A stretch of DNA of 64,000 nucleotides from Kudoa neothunni (Eukaryota; Animalia; Cnidaria): contig OZ199840.1 in assembly GCA_964304625.1 (NCBI GenBank), forward strand, positions 4,068,490-4,132,489, given 5' to 3'. Position 1 is the stretch's first letter; the number at the start of each line of letters is the position of its first letter. A model generated the notes under the pieces. The model had not been told where the DNA came from and ran no database searches. It saw only the letters and a list, made by a program, of their open reading frames with translations. Positions 1-12,917 of this stretch are shown here, one piece after another. The translations under genes were made by a program, and so were the position numbers.

Positions 1-3000
1 CATCTGCTTATATATAATTCTTTAATCAATTCTAAGTAAGTTAGTCTCATGTTTATTTATAGACGTCGATTCTTCCAAAAAATAAACGTCGAACTTTTCG
101 GCGCTTTTATGCATAAACGAGATTATATACCGACCGGCGCAATCACCCCTATAACGCAAGAAACACAAACCAACATTACATATAATATAATAAAATAAAA
201 TCATGTTTTAATTTCATTATTTTAATATAATTATAGCACCATAGAGATTTTCCTCTCGAAAGAACATACATAATATCCAAAAAATTTTAATTGCGATTGA
301 AGGCAATTATTTGTTTAAACAATATTATCGAAAAAATTTTTAACATTAGAAAGTGAGCGTGCCGGAAAACAATATTTTTAGGAACAACTTCTACGTCTTG
401 TGTGATTATCTATTATTTTAAATGGTAATCCATCACACACATCAGTTGAAACACGATAAATCTTAATTTTTGATTCATTTGACCTCTAAATAACGAAGGG
501 AACTAGGAGAGATACGCTTTAATTATTCTATCATTCAACGATGCTGCAATAATGCAAAATGTTCCTGTACATGGTTTTGTTTTTTAGGCAACTTTAACTC
601 GGAGCATATGTAAATAAATTCATTTAAATAATTCTAAATTAACTCAATCCTCAATAAAATGCTCCAAATCACATCCTTTTTCGCATATTCTTATTGGGCG
701 CCACTTCCGAAATACTCCGAGGAAATAAACGTCAAACCATCCTGATAAAATAGACGGCTTAAATCAACAATTGCGTGCCCTATTTATGTGGTGTCTACAA
801 CAGTGCATTATTAATTTGTGCATCCCTTCTTCCGTAATAGAAGTTTTTTGTTAATGCTAGATTTTGTAGTTGATCCAAAATTCAATTAAATAAAATTTAC
901 GCAAAATATTAAATGAGAGTGACTATCTGCGTGCGGTTACAGTTCTCCTTAAATAGATCAATTTATAGTTGAACTAAATAATTTTCAATTATTTGTAAAA
1001 TTCTATATTCAATTTAGATATAAAAAGATAATTAACAATGTATCAAGTGCTAATTTTATGTCACCAATTTAAACGTGGGATTAGAATTCGGAATAATTGG
1101 ATTAATTTCCCAAATTTCTATCTTTAAATTGCCAAAATCGAACTTTAAACGTTTAGATTTTGAAACTTATGACATCAACAAAATCATCCTACCAAGGAAA
1201 TACTGATTAAGTAGATCGATCAATTTTATAGAACAATATTTTGTCTATAGTACTCAGATAATATTCCCGCCTTAAAGCTAGAAGATAAAGATGTGGCTAT
1301 TATAGCCACTCATCATATTTAAGTAATTGTAGTTTTGACTGAAATTAATTGTTTTTGGCATCTAGGAACGGTGGCGACAGCCCAAAAATAATTGGCTGTA
1401 GAAGATTGTAAGAAATAAACTTTATACATCAACTATAAATGGAGGTTGTTACGATTAAAATTGACGATGCGCGAGTGTAGATGTCACTTGGGATTAATAA
1501 TATCCGTTACAGTAGATATTGTGTAATAACTTTCAGTATTATTTTGTCAAATACATGTTTTTCATAATAATCTGATTCGGTAACTATGAGTATTATTATA
1601 ATCCGGCCCGCGAAAAAATATAATTGACCACCCCTATTTTACAATTATACCGTTAATACGGGATAATCAGTGATATAATAAAAACTTTACACACTCTAGA
1701 ACGGTTGTGGTTGTGCGATAATAATATGTAGAATTGAAGCAATATGAAATGAAAAAATAACAAAATCATTTATATGTGCGTAAATGTTATATTTTTCAAC
1801 GAAATTAGCAGCTACTTTTATACGACATAATTATTTTCGAGTATTTTATAATAAAATATATTAATTTGAAAAATATTTTAATTTTTATTACAACATTTTT
1901 ATGGTTTTATTAATAAAACCGATAATATTTAAATATTATTTAGTTGGGGAAAATTGTCGTTTGAATAATGGTTTCTACACAATATTCGGCTTTTGAATGA
2001 CAAAATATGTGTCATAATTAATTTCATTTGATCCATTTCATGATTTAGCATTAGTATAAAATTCTCGCTTACAAATGGAAACTTTATTCCTTGCTCAATT
2101 AATGTGTTATTATCTTAAAGTAAACGGAAAAATTTATACATATTATAATTATATTTTATAGAACGATTCACTTATATGTGGTAATTGATGGAATGCATCA
2201 CTCGGGGTTAATTGGGTTTACTATGTAAACCATACTATTACGTAGGGTCAAATGGAATCCATGCTTGTGACGAAGGATTAATTTGTTAGGATAATACGAT
2301 AGGTTTCTGACCAGCATTTAATCTCTATAATAATTAAGCTTTTGGTTTTCATTTCATGTTTAATATGAAGTTCGGCTTATAACTATGTAATGAATATAGA
2401 CTGTTAGTTTATTTCTTGGCAAGGAGATAATAAAATTAAAATCTTATATTTCTCTTTAAAATATGGAATTATTATTTTATTTTAATAATTAGTCACAATA
2501 TGAGGTGAAAAAAATCATGAAAATAATAATATTTCATCTATATTTACACTTAACAGGGTTAATTTGATGCAATAACACAAATCAGCCCAGAATTTCCAAA
2601 TAAATATCTCTGAAAGCTACAACACATGTTATAGATCTAAATATTCTTGATCGACAGAGCTCAAAATTAACTTAATACCATATCAATGAAACTAAGAAAA
2701 ACTACAAAACTTGAATATATTTGTATGCGTGCACGCACAAAGTACAGAGAACCCAAAATTGCTGCAGAGCATTCTTAGCAACATGTGTTGCCTCAAAAAT
2801 ATTACAAAGACTTTAATCTAAGACAAATTAGAATAGTACAGGGATACTACGCACTTTTTGAGAAAACGTTCAGGTGCGTAGTACCAATGCAGTACGCAAT
2901 GTCCGTACTCGCGTATTTTGTAATTAAAAATTTCATTCTCTCCCTTATATTAATGATAATTCATAGATATTTAGGAAAAGTTTAATTTAAAAAAAATCAA

Positions 3001-3462
3001 ATGAATACATTATATTTTTTCGAAACTATATAGATTTTTTTAAATAGTCGATTATTTTATCATACTTTTAAGAGCCGTGTCTTATCATACAGATGAAGAA
3101 GTTCGATTTTGTTGTATGTTCTAACTCAGATAAGGCATTAGCAACAATATTTTTTTTAATTTATTTAAATGTTTAATAACTTCATTAATGGAACAAATGG
3201 TGCCAGTTTTTACATAATTTTCAGCAGTAAACGATTCATCGATCGCGTCAACGTAATTATTTATTGAGTTAACACATTTATCTTCTGTTTTGTAGTGTAA
3301 TTCATTTCGCGTATCAGAAAAATGATAATAAATCTAATCGCAAAACTATTACTATTATATATGTCATTAGTTTAGCGCGTAATGTTTCGTGTGCTTAGGA
3401 TATTTTCATTTGTGGGATAATTATTATCCTTCATATGACGACGTGTGGGCGTCAACATTATG

Positions 3463-3790
3463 GACTTCTAAATCAGGACTCCCCGATTTGGGTTCCCTGG
3501 CCCTCAAGGGGTCCGAGACTCACGTCTAGAGTCAACGAAAAAATTGTACGGCTAAGCATGCTCTGTACATAATGTATCGATACCAAATAATCAGAATTTC
3601 TCTCAACAGCATATCATGTGCGATTCGTGCACGGTCGAAGGTGAAATAAGTCTGTTAAATAAATAGTCATTTGATGAATTTTACTGAAGAGTAATTTAAG
3701 CCTTCAATCTACTATTTACTTTTTATTAGTATATGAAATAAAAATGATAACTTATTCCTTTATCATTCGTTAATAAATTATTTAGTTTAA
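3463..3790. repeat. Dispersed repeat; inverted diverged copy at ~21950-22790 (that copy is interrupted by a SINE-like insertion)
   Basis: The reverse complement of 3463-3550 aligns with 22698-22788. 3565-3660 aligns with 22590-22685, and 3660-3790 with 21950-22070. Boundaries approximate. Confidence 0.8.
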
Positions 3791-4243
3791 ATTTTAACTG
3801 GAATAACGTAAAATAATTAAATAAAAACAAATTTAACATCATCATTTTAATTTTAAAAAAAGAATATCATGGAAAAAATTTCATGTAAAAAGTAGGGTTC
3901 AAAAAATTATAAATTAATATTCGAGCGACATCGTGCCCACGTGTTATCTCCATTGTGTTTACAAAAACTTGAAATTTTTCTTATTCTTCGCATATTTAGC
4001 AGATATTCTGCTTAAAATTATTTAAATAATAAGTGAATCTAAGTGCTCTATGTAGACATGAAATTTTCCGACTGTAAGAAAGGCTATTTATTCAGACATA
4101 AATAGGTAAAATATAGATATGACTACTGGTTGTGATATTAAATTAAGTATGTTAGTTTATAAATTTTTTAACGTGTTTTTAAAAAGTAGATAAAATTTTA
4201 TCGCAGAATTCGTATGAAAATTTTAACATAACAAAATTTAATA

Positions 4244-6288
4244 CAGTCGAGATTGGATATTGCGTGACTGGATATTGCGTAATTAGAGATTTTTAAAGTT
4301 ATCCTTTAAAGAGAGAAATTTAGTTTTTTCAAATTGTTATTATCTTATTGTAATGTAAAAATATTTGTTAACAAAAAATTTAAAAAAATTTATTAATACA
4401 AAAAGTCTCGTTATTGCGTGGAAATTTTTTATTGCGTGGTTGTTAGGCGCAGCGTGACTCGTTATTGCGTGGTTTTTTGTGGTCAATTGGTTTAATTCAG
4501 ATAGTGTTTTTTCATTATGTCCCGTGAACAACGCAATATTTCAGAGAAAATGGAAATCATCCATTACTACAATTCAATAAAAACGTTGAAGGGTGCGAAA
4601 TCAATGACAATTTCCAAGTTTAAATTGAGTGGTATAGTAGTCTTCTAATGAATAGTATTGTAAAATCACATTTAAGGTCATTCAACACTTGATAGAATTC
4701 TTTCGCACGAAGATAAATTCAAAAATACAGATATTGAAAGTAAAAGGAAGAGACATTCGGCAGGCAGATTCAAAAATATAGACGATGAAGTGTATGATTG
4801 GTTTGTTAAACAACGGTCGAATGGTAACGTTCTGTCAGGAGATGCCATTATCAAAAAAGCTTCTTATATTGCAAATGAAAACAAAGTTTCCAATTTTAAA
4901 GCCAGCAAGGGATGGCTTGCAGGGTTCAAGTCAAGATATGGGATAGTTTTCAAAAAGTTCCATGGCGAGGCTGCGAGTGCAGATGTTGCATCTGTCGACT
5001 CATGGATTATTGAGAACATTGATTTGATTAGAGCATATAATCCAAAAGACGTTATTAACATCGACGAAACTGCTCTTTATTATGAGCAGTTACAAAATAG
5101 TAGTTACGTTTTAAAGGAGGAAGTCGGGATTAAGGGGAAAAAATTATCCAAAAAAAGGGTGACTGTTTTACTGTCCTCAGCTTTAAATGGGGATAAGTTC
5201 CCATTAGTTGTTATCGGGAAATTTCAAAATCCTAGATGTTTTAAAAGAGTCAAACACCTCCCTTGTGAATATTATGCACAAAAAAGTGCATGGATGACTT
5301 CTAGTATATTTATCGAAATAATGAAAAAGTTTAACCGAAGGATGATAAATCAGAATAGAAAAGTCTTAATTTTGTTGGACCAATGTCCAGGCCATCCAAA
5401 AAATATTGATTGCTTTGAAAATATCAAATTTTTGTTCTTACCTAAAAATACAACTAGTATTTTACAACCCCTTGATTTAGGCATCATTCGCTGCCTTAAA
5501 AGCAGGTACAAAAGTTCAATGACCGAGCGAATGGTTTTATGCGAAGATTCTATCATAAAAAAATATACATTGCTTGACTCAATGATAACATTAACTAAAT
5601 GTTGGGAAAGTATTCCGCCGCAAATTATTATTAATTGCTTTAAAAAATCAAAAATATTTGGAGGTATTAAATAAAATTACGACAATAAAGTTATTATCAG
5701 TTTATAGACCAAGAAGATGTGAGTGAGATACCTCAAATCAGCAACTGTTCTCAAGGTAATATTTAACGTATACGTAATTAATTTTTTCTAGATGAAATCG
5801 AAGATTCAGAAAATATGTTTGATGACGATTATGAAGCAACATGCGAGGAAGAAAATAATGAGGACTTATTGCCCATAAGTGACGAATCTGACGATAGCGA
5901 ATCAATCATTGAAGACATCAAAGTTTCAATTAATCAAATGAAAAATGCAGTGAACGTTCTGAGGGAAGCTTTTATTAAAGAGGATCCGAGGGGATTGTTT
6001 GATTTACATCCCATAATGGACCGAGTTTTAAAAATATCAAGAGAAAGATTCCGACAAACTAAAATTACAAGCTTTTTCGACAAAATTTGATAAATCACAT
6101 TTCATTTAATTAAATAATATATTTATATATAAAAATTTGATTTTCACTAATTGGCATCGGACGTAAACACGAAAAAATCATATTTTATAGTACACTGCGC
6201 ACGCAAAGGTCTGGATATTGCGTAAAAATTTTTTATTGCGTGGGTTTTTGTTGGTCCCAGAAACCCACGCAATATCCAATCTCGACTG
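4244..6288 (+). mobile_element. Full-length Tigger/pogo (Tc1/mariner superfamily) DNA transposon, 2045 bp, apparently intact
   Basis: Perfect 23-bp TIRs CAGTCGAGATTGGATATTGCGTG (4244-4266; reverse complement 6266-6288). TA TSD on both sides (4242-43, 6289-90). Subterminal TATTGCGT repeats at both ends. Confidence 0.97.
4517..6090 (+). CDS. Tigger/pogo transposase, 4 exons (4517-4631, 4677-5663, 5708-5755, 5792-6090), 482 aa
   Basis: Three GT-AG phase-1 introns (45, 44, 36 nt) join the pieces into a stop-free 1449-nt CDS. Domains in order: psq-type HTH (HSTLDRIL), CENP-B HTH (VYDWF..ASKGWLAGFKSRYGI), DD31D triad (NIDET / LLDQC / QPLDLG), acidic tail, C-terminal PIP-box-like QTKITSFF. Confidence 0.88.
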
Positions 6289-7439
6289 TATTGTTTAAAT
6301 TTCGATCTTAATTTTTTAAAATTATTTACTTTTTCTAAAAAAATCATGCACTGTTATTTTAGTTATGATATAAACTATAAATTATAGTAATCGTCGAAAT
6401 CTTATAAAGTGGATTTTTATGATGTTATAGATAATCAATTGTGGATAATATGTATAGTTCAAAGTTTTTGTTATGCCTAATCTGTTTGACTATATATTAA
6501 TAATCTAACATTAAAATAAGCATTTATTTTTAATATCTGAACTTGTGATAATATAATTTTTTGTCTGAATATTAATATACAATGATCAAAGCACCATAAA
6601 TTTTATATTGGGATTTTGAGTTTATATTGCCGAAATTCATATCGTTTACATAACATCTCTGTTTAAACGAATATATAAAAAAGATTATACAACTAAAATT
6701 TATTCCTTCCTTTAGTAAGATAAAGAAGTTAAAATATTTTCAATTTTTAGATCGAATTGGGGCGTTACCGAGGTGATTTTTATAATTAATGTATCGATTA
6801 AAATTTTAAAATCATTATTATTAACCAAAAAAAGTCATAATTCTCTTAAAAACTTTATTTTGGTATAACACAAGATGAATAGAGCACGATGTCGCTCGAA
6901 TGAGAATTTATCAATTATTTAAGGTGAAATCGTACACTCAGTATTTTTTTATTAAAAAAATTGTAAAAAAACTTCGAATAACAGGATGCAACGTTGATGT
7001 TTATAAAGAGTACAATGTTTATGTTTACTGACTAATTTTTAAGTTTCGATGCTTACATTTAGATTAAAATGATCTTAAAAATATTATTAATAGATAACTA
7101 AACAAGAATGTGTCGAATATGCATGATGTGAATAAAACTTGAAGTACAAGCGAACGTAATTGAATTAAACGTGCTTCCGACCTATTCCGATTCGAGAAAA
7201 CCTGAGAATTTTGAATTATTAGATAGCGCGATAGAGGTATAAAATGCTCCGACTTTTTTTCATCGGTAATGTAAAAATATAACATTATAACGCTGCTTAT
7301 TGAGTTTTTCCTGGTGTGGAATAAATATGTTAAAATTTTCTCGTTATTTCATGGCTTAATTGAAGTATTCTCTGGTTGTACGCCAAAAATAAAAAATAAT
7401 TTTTTCAATCATCAATTTTATGTCTTTTGTACGCAAAAA

Positions 7440-8000
7440 TATTGGTAATCATAAAGTACGCGGAATCTAAATAATGTCCTCTTGCGCACATTTTTACGAA
7501 TTTCTTTTTTTATTATTCTTGATGATAAAATAAAAGAATATGGAGAGCGAAAATTTATCTTAAAATTTTAAATAATAAATTTTACCATATCAGATCTATC
7601 TATACATGTTTTTGTCGGTTTTAAGTGTGAATTGTTTAAATACGAGAAGACAACCACGTGCTCTCAATATGCATTTTCTTAATTTTCTTAGAACTGGTGA
7701 GTTTTTTAATAATAAATCAACACTATATTTTGGATAAACATTTAATTCCAATAGGTAAATAACTTATGGTTGATTATATGAAGTTTCTACTTTATTAGAG
7801 GATATTAGGATTTTTTTCTTATTATATTGAATTTATATGCGCTGAGAAAAACCTCCAATTCAATTGATTCAAATTCTGTCCGCTGCTCACACAGCGAAAA
7901 ATTAAATAAATAAACAAACAAATAAATGTTATTAATTGTTCTCAACAGAGGAATTCTTACGTGTGTGTTTAGTATAACATTCAATTAACGTAAAAATTAT
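7440..8000. repeat. Dispersed repeat; inverted diverged copy at ~17380-17850
   Basis: Shared blocks in opposite orientation: ATAAAGTACGCGGAA (~7451 / ~17815), CGAGAAGACAACCACGTGCTCTC (~7643 / ~17540), GAATTCTTAC-TGTGTGTTTAGT (~7951 / ~17398). Confidence 0.75.
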
Positions 8001-8639
8001 GTTATTATAAATTCAAAAAATTGTTATTTCTATAAATTTATTAGTTTTAGTCAATTATATTTGAACAAATATAAATAATAACCCTAGTTAACATGTAATA
8101 TGTACACCACGTAATATTCGTAATTTGTATATTTTGCCGGATTTTTTGTTACAAAATTTTGGCATATAAAAAAACTTATAAAACAATATAAATATAGCTT
8201 AATATTTTTTTTCAATATATTACAGATATTAGATGATACAAAAATTATAAACTAAAAAAACTTACGACATAAAGGTCTATTTTTTAAAATTCCGAAAGTA
8301 TTTTTATTATAATGAAACGAGATATTTTTGTGAAATCTGCAATAATTTTATTTTTAAAATTAGTTTATACAAAATTGTTATATATATATATATATCAATA
8401 ATATAAAATCTAAATAGTAATAATAAATAACTTCTGAGTTTATAACTAAGGAAGAAACAAAATAATTCAATTTTTGTTGAAAAAAGATGTAGATTACATT
8501 TGTATCCGACTGCTTTCAGATGAAAAATTCTTAGAATTTTAAAGTTATTAGTTTGAGCTGAGTTTTCGTTCTCCGTATTCTTTTATTTTATTATGAATAA
8601 TCGTAATACGGCGTTTTTTAAGTGCCGCATACTTTACAT

Positions 8640-9195
8640 CAGTTTTCCCAACGTGTGGGCGTGGAAAATTTTTGGTGGGGCATGGATAATGGTGAGATAA
8701 TTGGGCAGCATGGCATACATTGAAATCAATACTTCGATTTTTTGATCTTATTAATTTTTAAGCGAATGTTACTATCCTACAACAATACGAAAACACTGAT
8801 TAATTTACATACAAAATATAAAAACGTTTAACACGGTTTTTGCACAATGGAATCGGAATGGTTATAATTCAAATATTGTCACATTTATAACTGTGATCCC
8901 CCTTTTTTTGACTTATCCAAATACAATAGTGATTAATTTTCAATATTAATCATTTAATTTTAAATTATAAGCCTTGAATACAGAAAAGTTTCACATAACG
9001 CGGTTTTGGACTGAATGAAGAAGTAAAAATGTTAATTTTCAAAGTCCATCGATGAATTAAATTAAATCTGATAAAATATATTTTAATTCTAATGCTGCAT
9101 GAAGCTTGATTCAAAATTATAAGCAGTTTAAGTTAAAAAATCAATACATTTGAAAAAGGTGGGCGCGATAATAGAAAAAAGGTTGGGAAACACTG
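8640..9195. mobile_element. hAT non-autonomous element (MITE)
   Basis: Ends CAGT-TTTCCCAAC / GTTGGGAAACACTG. Degenerate 8-bp TSD ctttacat / ccttacct. Subterminal GTGGGCG motifs. Confidence 0.75.
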
Positions 9196-9330
9196 CCTTA
9201 CCTCATGAAAAATTACGCTAATTTATTTAAATTCAATCATTAAAAAACAAATATTTTAAATAAAAATGAAAAAAACTCAAGATCGTGGGGGAAATCCCAA
9301 AACAATGGAAGCTCCGTTTTAAATGCCATA

Positions 9331-9341
9331 TGCGCATGCGT
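9331..9341. promoter_or_regulatory. NRF1/Ewg-type motif immediately upstream of YJU2B
   Basis: TGCGCATGCGT ends 16 nt before the ATG; a CpG-rich motif in very AT-rich context. Confidence 0.5.
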
Positions 9342-9357
9342 TGGTAAAAATTTAGAA

Positions 9358-10562
9358 ATGGTTTTTCTCTCTTTATAGAATCCTACTTAACCGATACTAT
9401 ATGTATTGATGATTTAGGCTGAAAGAAAAGCAACAAATAAATACTACCCTCCTGATTGGCATCCAGGAAAAGTTAGTGCTTGATAACAATTGTTACAGAG
9501 ACTTTTGTCCTGATTTTATTGTTAGGGAAGTCTAAACACATACCTTAAAACACACGCACTTAGAGAAAGAGCAAGAAAATTAGATGAAGGAATTTTGATT
9601 ATTAGGTATTTGAAATGCGGCTAACTCCTAAAACAAATAAGAAATACATGAACCAATTATACTCTAGATTTGAAATGCCCTTCAACATTTGGTGCAATGG
9701 ATGTGGTAATCACATTGGTATGGGAGTGCGATATAATGCTCAAAAATTGCGTGTTGGTTTTTATTTCACCACCCCCATCTACAAATTCACCATGAAATGT
9801 CATTTGTGCCCTCAAAAATTTGAAATTCAAACAGATCCCCAAAATTCCGATTATACCATATTAAGTGGAGCCAGACGCAAAGAAGCTCGATGGGACACCA
9901 AAGATTCTGGAACTGTTGAACTGATGGGTGATTAGGTATGTGAGGGGCAACAATTTGTTAATCACACTTCTCGGCTAGAATATGACGAGAAAATACAATT
10001 ACACAACGATCCGATGTTTAAGTTGGAACATGAAACAAAAGATAAACAAAAACTCAACGATTTACAACCTACTTTCAATGATTTACAGCGCTTTCAAAAT
10101 AATCGTTGGGAAGATCCCTACTCCATGAACAGAAGGTTAAGATCACAATTTAGAAATGAGAAAAATGAATTAAAAAATCTTAAAGTACATTACTCGATCA
10201 ATGTATTTTAATTATTTTTAGGAAGATGAAAAACTTTACAAAACAAAACACAATCTCCATCGATCTATTAAACTTGTTGATGAAAATCCTTCAGATATCG
10301 TTCTAGCAAATAGCATCCCATTCAAAAGTGAGCTGTCGAATTTTATTACCGATTGTTTAACAAAAAGTGAGTAAAGAAATTATTGAAATTATTTCTAGAG
10401 AATGATAAATTTATTTCTTCGATGAGGTTTGTCAAAAGTCGCGTCAAACGAAGCAATGTATTCGATGATCATAGGATATCTCAACCGTTAAGTAGCAACG
10501 CCAAAGAGTTATTAAACAATTTTTCAATTAAGAAAACAGGAAAATCCAATAAAAAACTATAG
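9358..10562 (+). CDS. YJU2B: Splicing factor YJU2B / CCDC130 (Saf4/Yju2 family), 7 exons
   Basis: Exons 9358-9360 (ATG only), 9418-9471, 9526-9605, 9668-9927, 9979-10184, 10222-10327, 10399-10562. They give MAERKATNKYYPPDW..LRERARKLDEGILIIRFEMPFNIWCNGCGNHIGMGVRYNA..KCHLC..TDPQNSDY, the CCDC130 signature. Confidence 0.95.
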
Positions 10563-10877
10563 TTTTTATAATTTTCATTTATATTACTTTTTACGTCTCT
10601 TTTTCTATATAACCCATAAATAAAATCAGTCCACAACAAATATAATCTTTATATTGATAGATAAATGCTTCTATTTTATGCAACACTTGATAATCGGTTA
10701 TATTCAACGTTTTTATTGGTCAGATATAGATATAATACATAATACGACCTAATTACATGTAAGTGTGAAAGAAGACAATTAGATAGCGTATCTATAAATT
10801 TTACTCAGCATAGCTCAATTTAATAATTAGACTGTGAAATTCTGATTGGTCAGGCCGTTTCCTTGAATGCTGGAGGC

Positions 10878-11251
10878 CAGGGGTCGGCAACCATTTTGAG
10901 CGTCGGGCCAAACAAGCGTATCCTAACTTTAATGCGGGCCGTATTAAAATTAATCTACAATAATGTTTAATTATTCTTAATTCAAATACTGAATATAAAT
11001 TAAAATTTATAAAAGTCATTTTAACAACAAAAGTACGTTAAATAAAAATTATTTATACTAATAATTTTCATTTGATGTGTAACCAACTTTTACTTAACTC
11101 GTGGAAAAACTATTTATTGGATGATGTCAAATAATATGAGATATACCTATATGCACTTTTAAAAACGTAAAAATTATTTACGTATTTTAGACATTAAAGA
11201 AAAATTTTTGTGCTGGTTAATGCGTGGTAGGCCGCAGGTTGCCGACCCCTG
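10878..11251. mobile_element. hAT (Charlie/Buster-type) MITE, 374 bp
   Basis: Perfect 15-bp TIR CAGGGGTCGGCAACC. Degenerate 8-bp TSD ctggaggc / ctgcagac. GCGGGCC-type subterminal motifs. Confidence 0.9.
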
Positions 11252-11259
11252 CTGCAGAC

Positions 11260-11625
11260 ATTGTGGTGAGTCGAATAATCATATACAACCACTTGTTTTA
11301 TTCTCCTTTCTGGAGAAGAGTGGAAATTTTATCCCCTAATCATTTCTGTCACTTTCTTTAAGATTCGAGGGGTAAGTTTTATGGAGTATGCTTAATTTTG
11401 GTTATCTAATATGATTCTGGCGATTCAAACGTCGATGAAGTCATTTCCCCATTGAGTCGAACTATTATCGCAAGTGCATCACAATTTATACGAGAATAAA
11501 CTCTATCCATAGTTTCTATTGTGGAAGGGGGATGCATAGCGCAGAAGTAATGTCTTGCCGCAACGGGGAATTAAACCTGTAACCTCCGGAATTCCAATTC
11601 AATGGCCATACATTCGTGCCACCTA
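11260..11625 (-). mobile_element. Decayed tRNA-headed SINE-like element (3' boundary uncertain)
   Basis: Minus strand has A-box-like TGGCACGAATG (11621-11611) and B-box-like GGTTTAATTCC (11577-11567), 33 nt apart. These are followed by GGCAAGACATTACTTCT..CCCTTCCAC, which resembles conserved SINE central domains (from recall). Confidence 0.5.
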
Positions 11626-12036
11626 TCATACTTCAGGGTCTCAATCAGTAAACTAATTTGCCTCGTGGATGGGTGATCTTTGGAATCAATAGCGCATTCT
11701 CCTAAAATCTAACATAACTTGAATGTGAATATAGTTTAATAATGTATAATCCACAAAATTGCACTCTTCTGAATTTTACTCGCCATCACCGAGCCTCGCC
11801 CTTCGACATTATCGAACGATAAAATATTCTCAGTAACTATTTTTTATAAGCTGTATATTAAATTTTTTAAAATTCGGCACAATATAAAATCTTAAGCATC
11901 CTACATAAAAAACATAAAGTTAAAAACGTATTAATTATTTATTTGAAGCATCTTGAAATACTCGGAATACGAAAAATTCAATAAAGTCAACAATGAATAT
12001 TCTTAGAGGAAACTCAAGATTAACAGTAATAAACAC

Positions 12037-12521
12037 TCAATGTTTATCAACTAGGTTATCCAAAGTTTTAGTTAAGTGTTCCATGGTATTATTGCCAATG
12101 AAAGACTTGATAGTTTTGCCGTCAGAGATAACAAGTATTGAAGGGACCGACATAATCTTAAAATTAACGTCAAAATTATTATCTTAAAAATTTAAAAACT
12201 TGGTATTCTTCAGCCAATTCATCATTCTTATCAACATCGACATCAAATAATGTCACTTTTCCGTTGTAACCGTCAATCAAATTCACAACTTTTGGAGTGA
12301 GTTGTTTGCATGGTTGGCACCATCTATATAAAATACCAGTGAATCTCTACCGCACCAAAAGAATACGTTGCATGGAATTTAACAACCGAAATTCCTTTTG
12401 AATTAATAACATCATGAGAAAACTGTTCCTTGGAAAGAATTTCTGTAGAGTTATGTCGTAAAAAGTTGTCCATAACTTTCTCAATTTTAAAATGGTTTAT
12501 TCTATTGAAAAGCAGCCGCAT
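12037..12521 (-). CDS. TXN2: Thioredoxin, mitochondrial type (TXN2-like), 3 exons, 132 aa
   Basis: Exons 12521-12367, 12323-12200, 12156-12037 give ..VVKFHATWCQPCKQLTP..GKVTLFDVDVDKNDELAEEYQIMSVPS... N-terminal extension MRLLFNRINHFK resembles a presequence. Confidence 0.85.
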
Positions 12522-12540
12522 TCCTCCAATTCAGGTGTTG

Positions 12541-12550
12541 ATCACGTGAT
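12541..12550. promoter_or_regulatory. Palindromic E-box ATCACGTGAT ~20 nt upstream of the thioredoxin ATG
   Basis: Perfect 10-bp palindrome with CACGTG core. Confidence 0.4.
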
Positions 12551-12917
12551 GACTGTCTTTGGGTATTCAATAGGGTTACACCGATATCGCACTTTTTAAA
12601 ACGAGTACGAATACTCCAAATTTCAGTACTCGCCGATATCGATACCCATTCCGATACCTTGTTCTACGAATGCCCAAATTTTTAGTCATTCAGAAAAAAG
12701 TTTTATTTCTCTAAAATTTACTGATCGTATTATCGGTCAGTAAAATATTGATTTTTTCAAATGTTTTGATATCCATTACATGGATAACTAGTTAATTTAA
12801 TAAGGTAAAAAAATATTTAGCGCGATATTGGTATTTATTATTCATAAACATGTCAAACCATGAGTAATATATTTTATCAGATAATTAAATTGTTCGCTTG
12901 CCATATTTTTAAAGATA

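Noticed and set aside
560-840. Decayed coding-like stretch on the minus strand (GHAIVDLSRLFYQDGLTFISSEYF)
   Set aside because: Multiple stops and no recognisable family.
1603-1636. Isolated hAT-like right end (CGGCCCGCG..TTGACCACCCCT)
   Set aside because: No partner end or TSD found; too fragmentary to delimit.
4340-6347. Minus-strand ORFs 4340-4531 and 6147-6347 with repeated HAIKNF/HAIT
   Set aside because: Translations of the Tigger subterminal TATTGCGT repeats.
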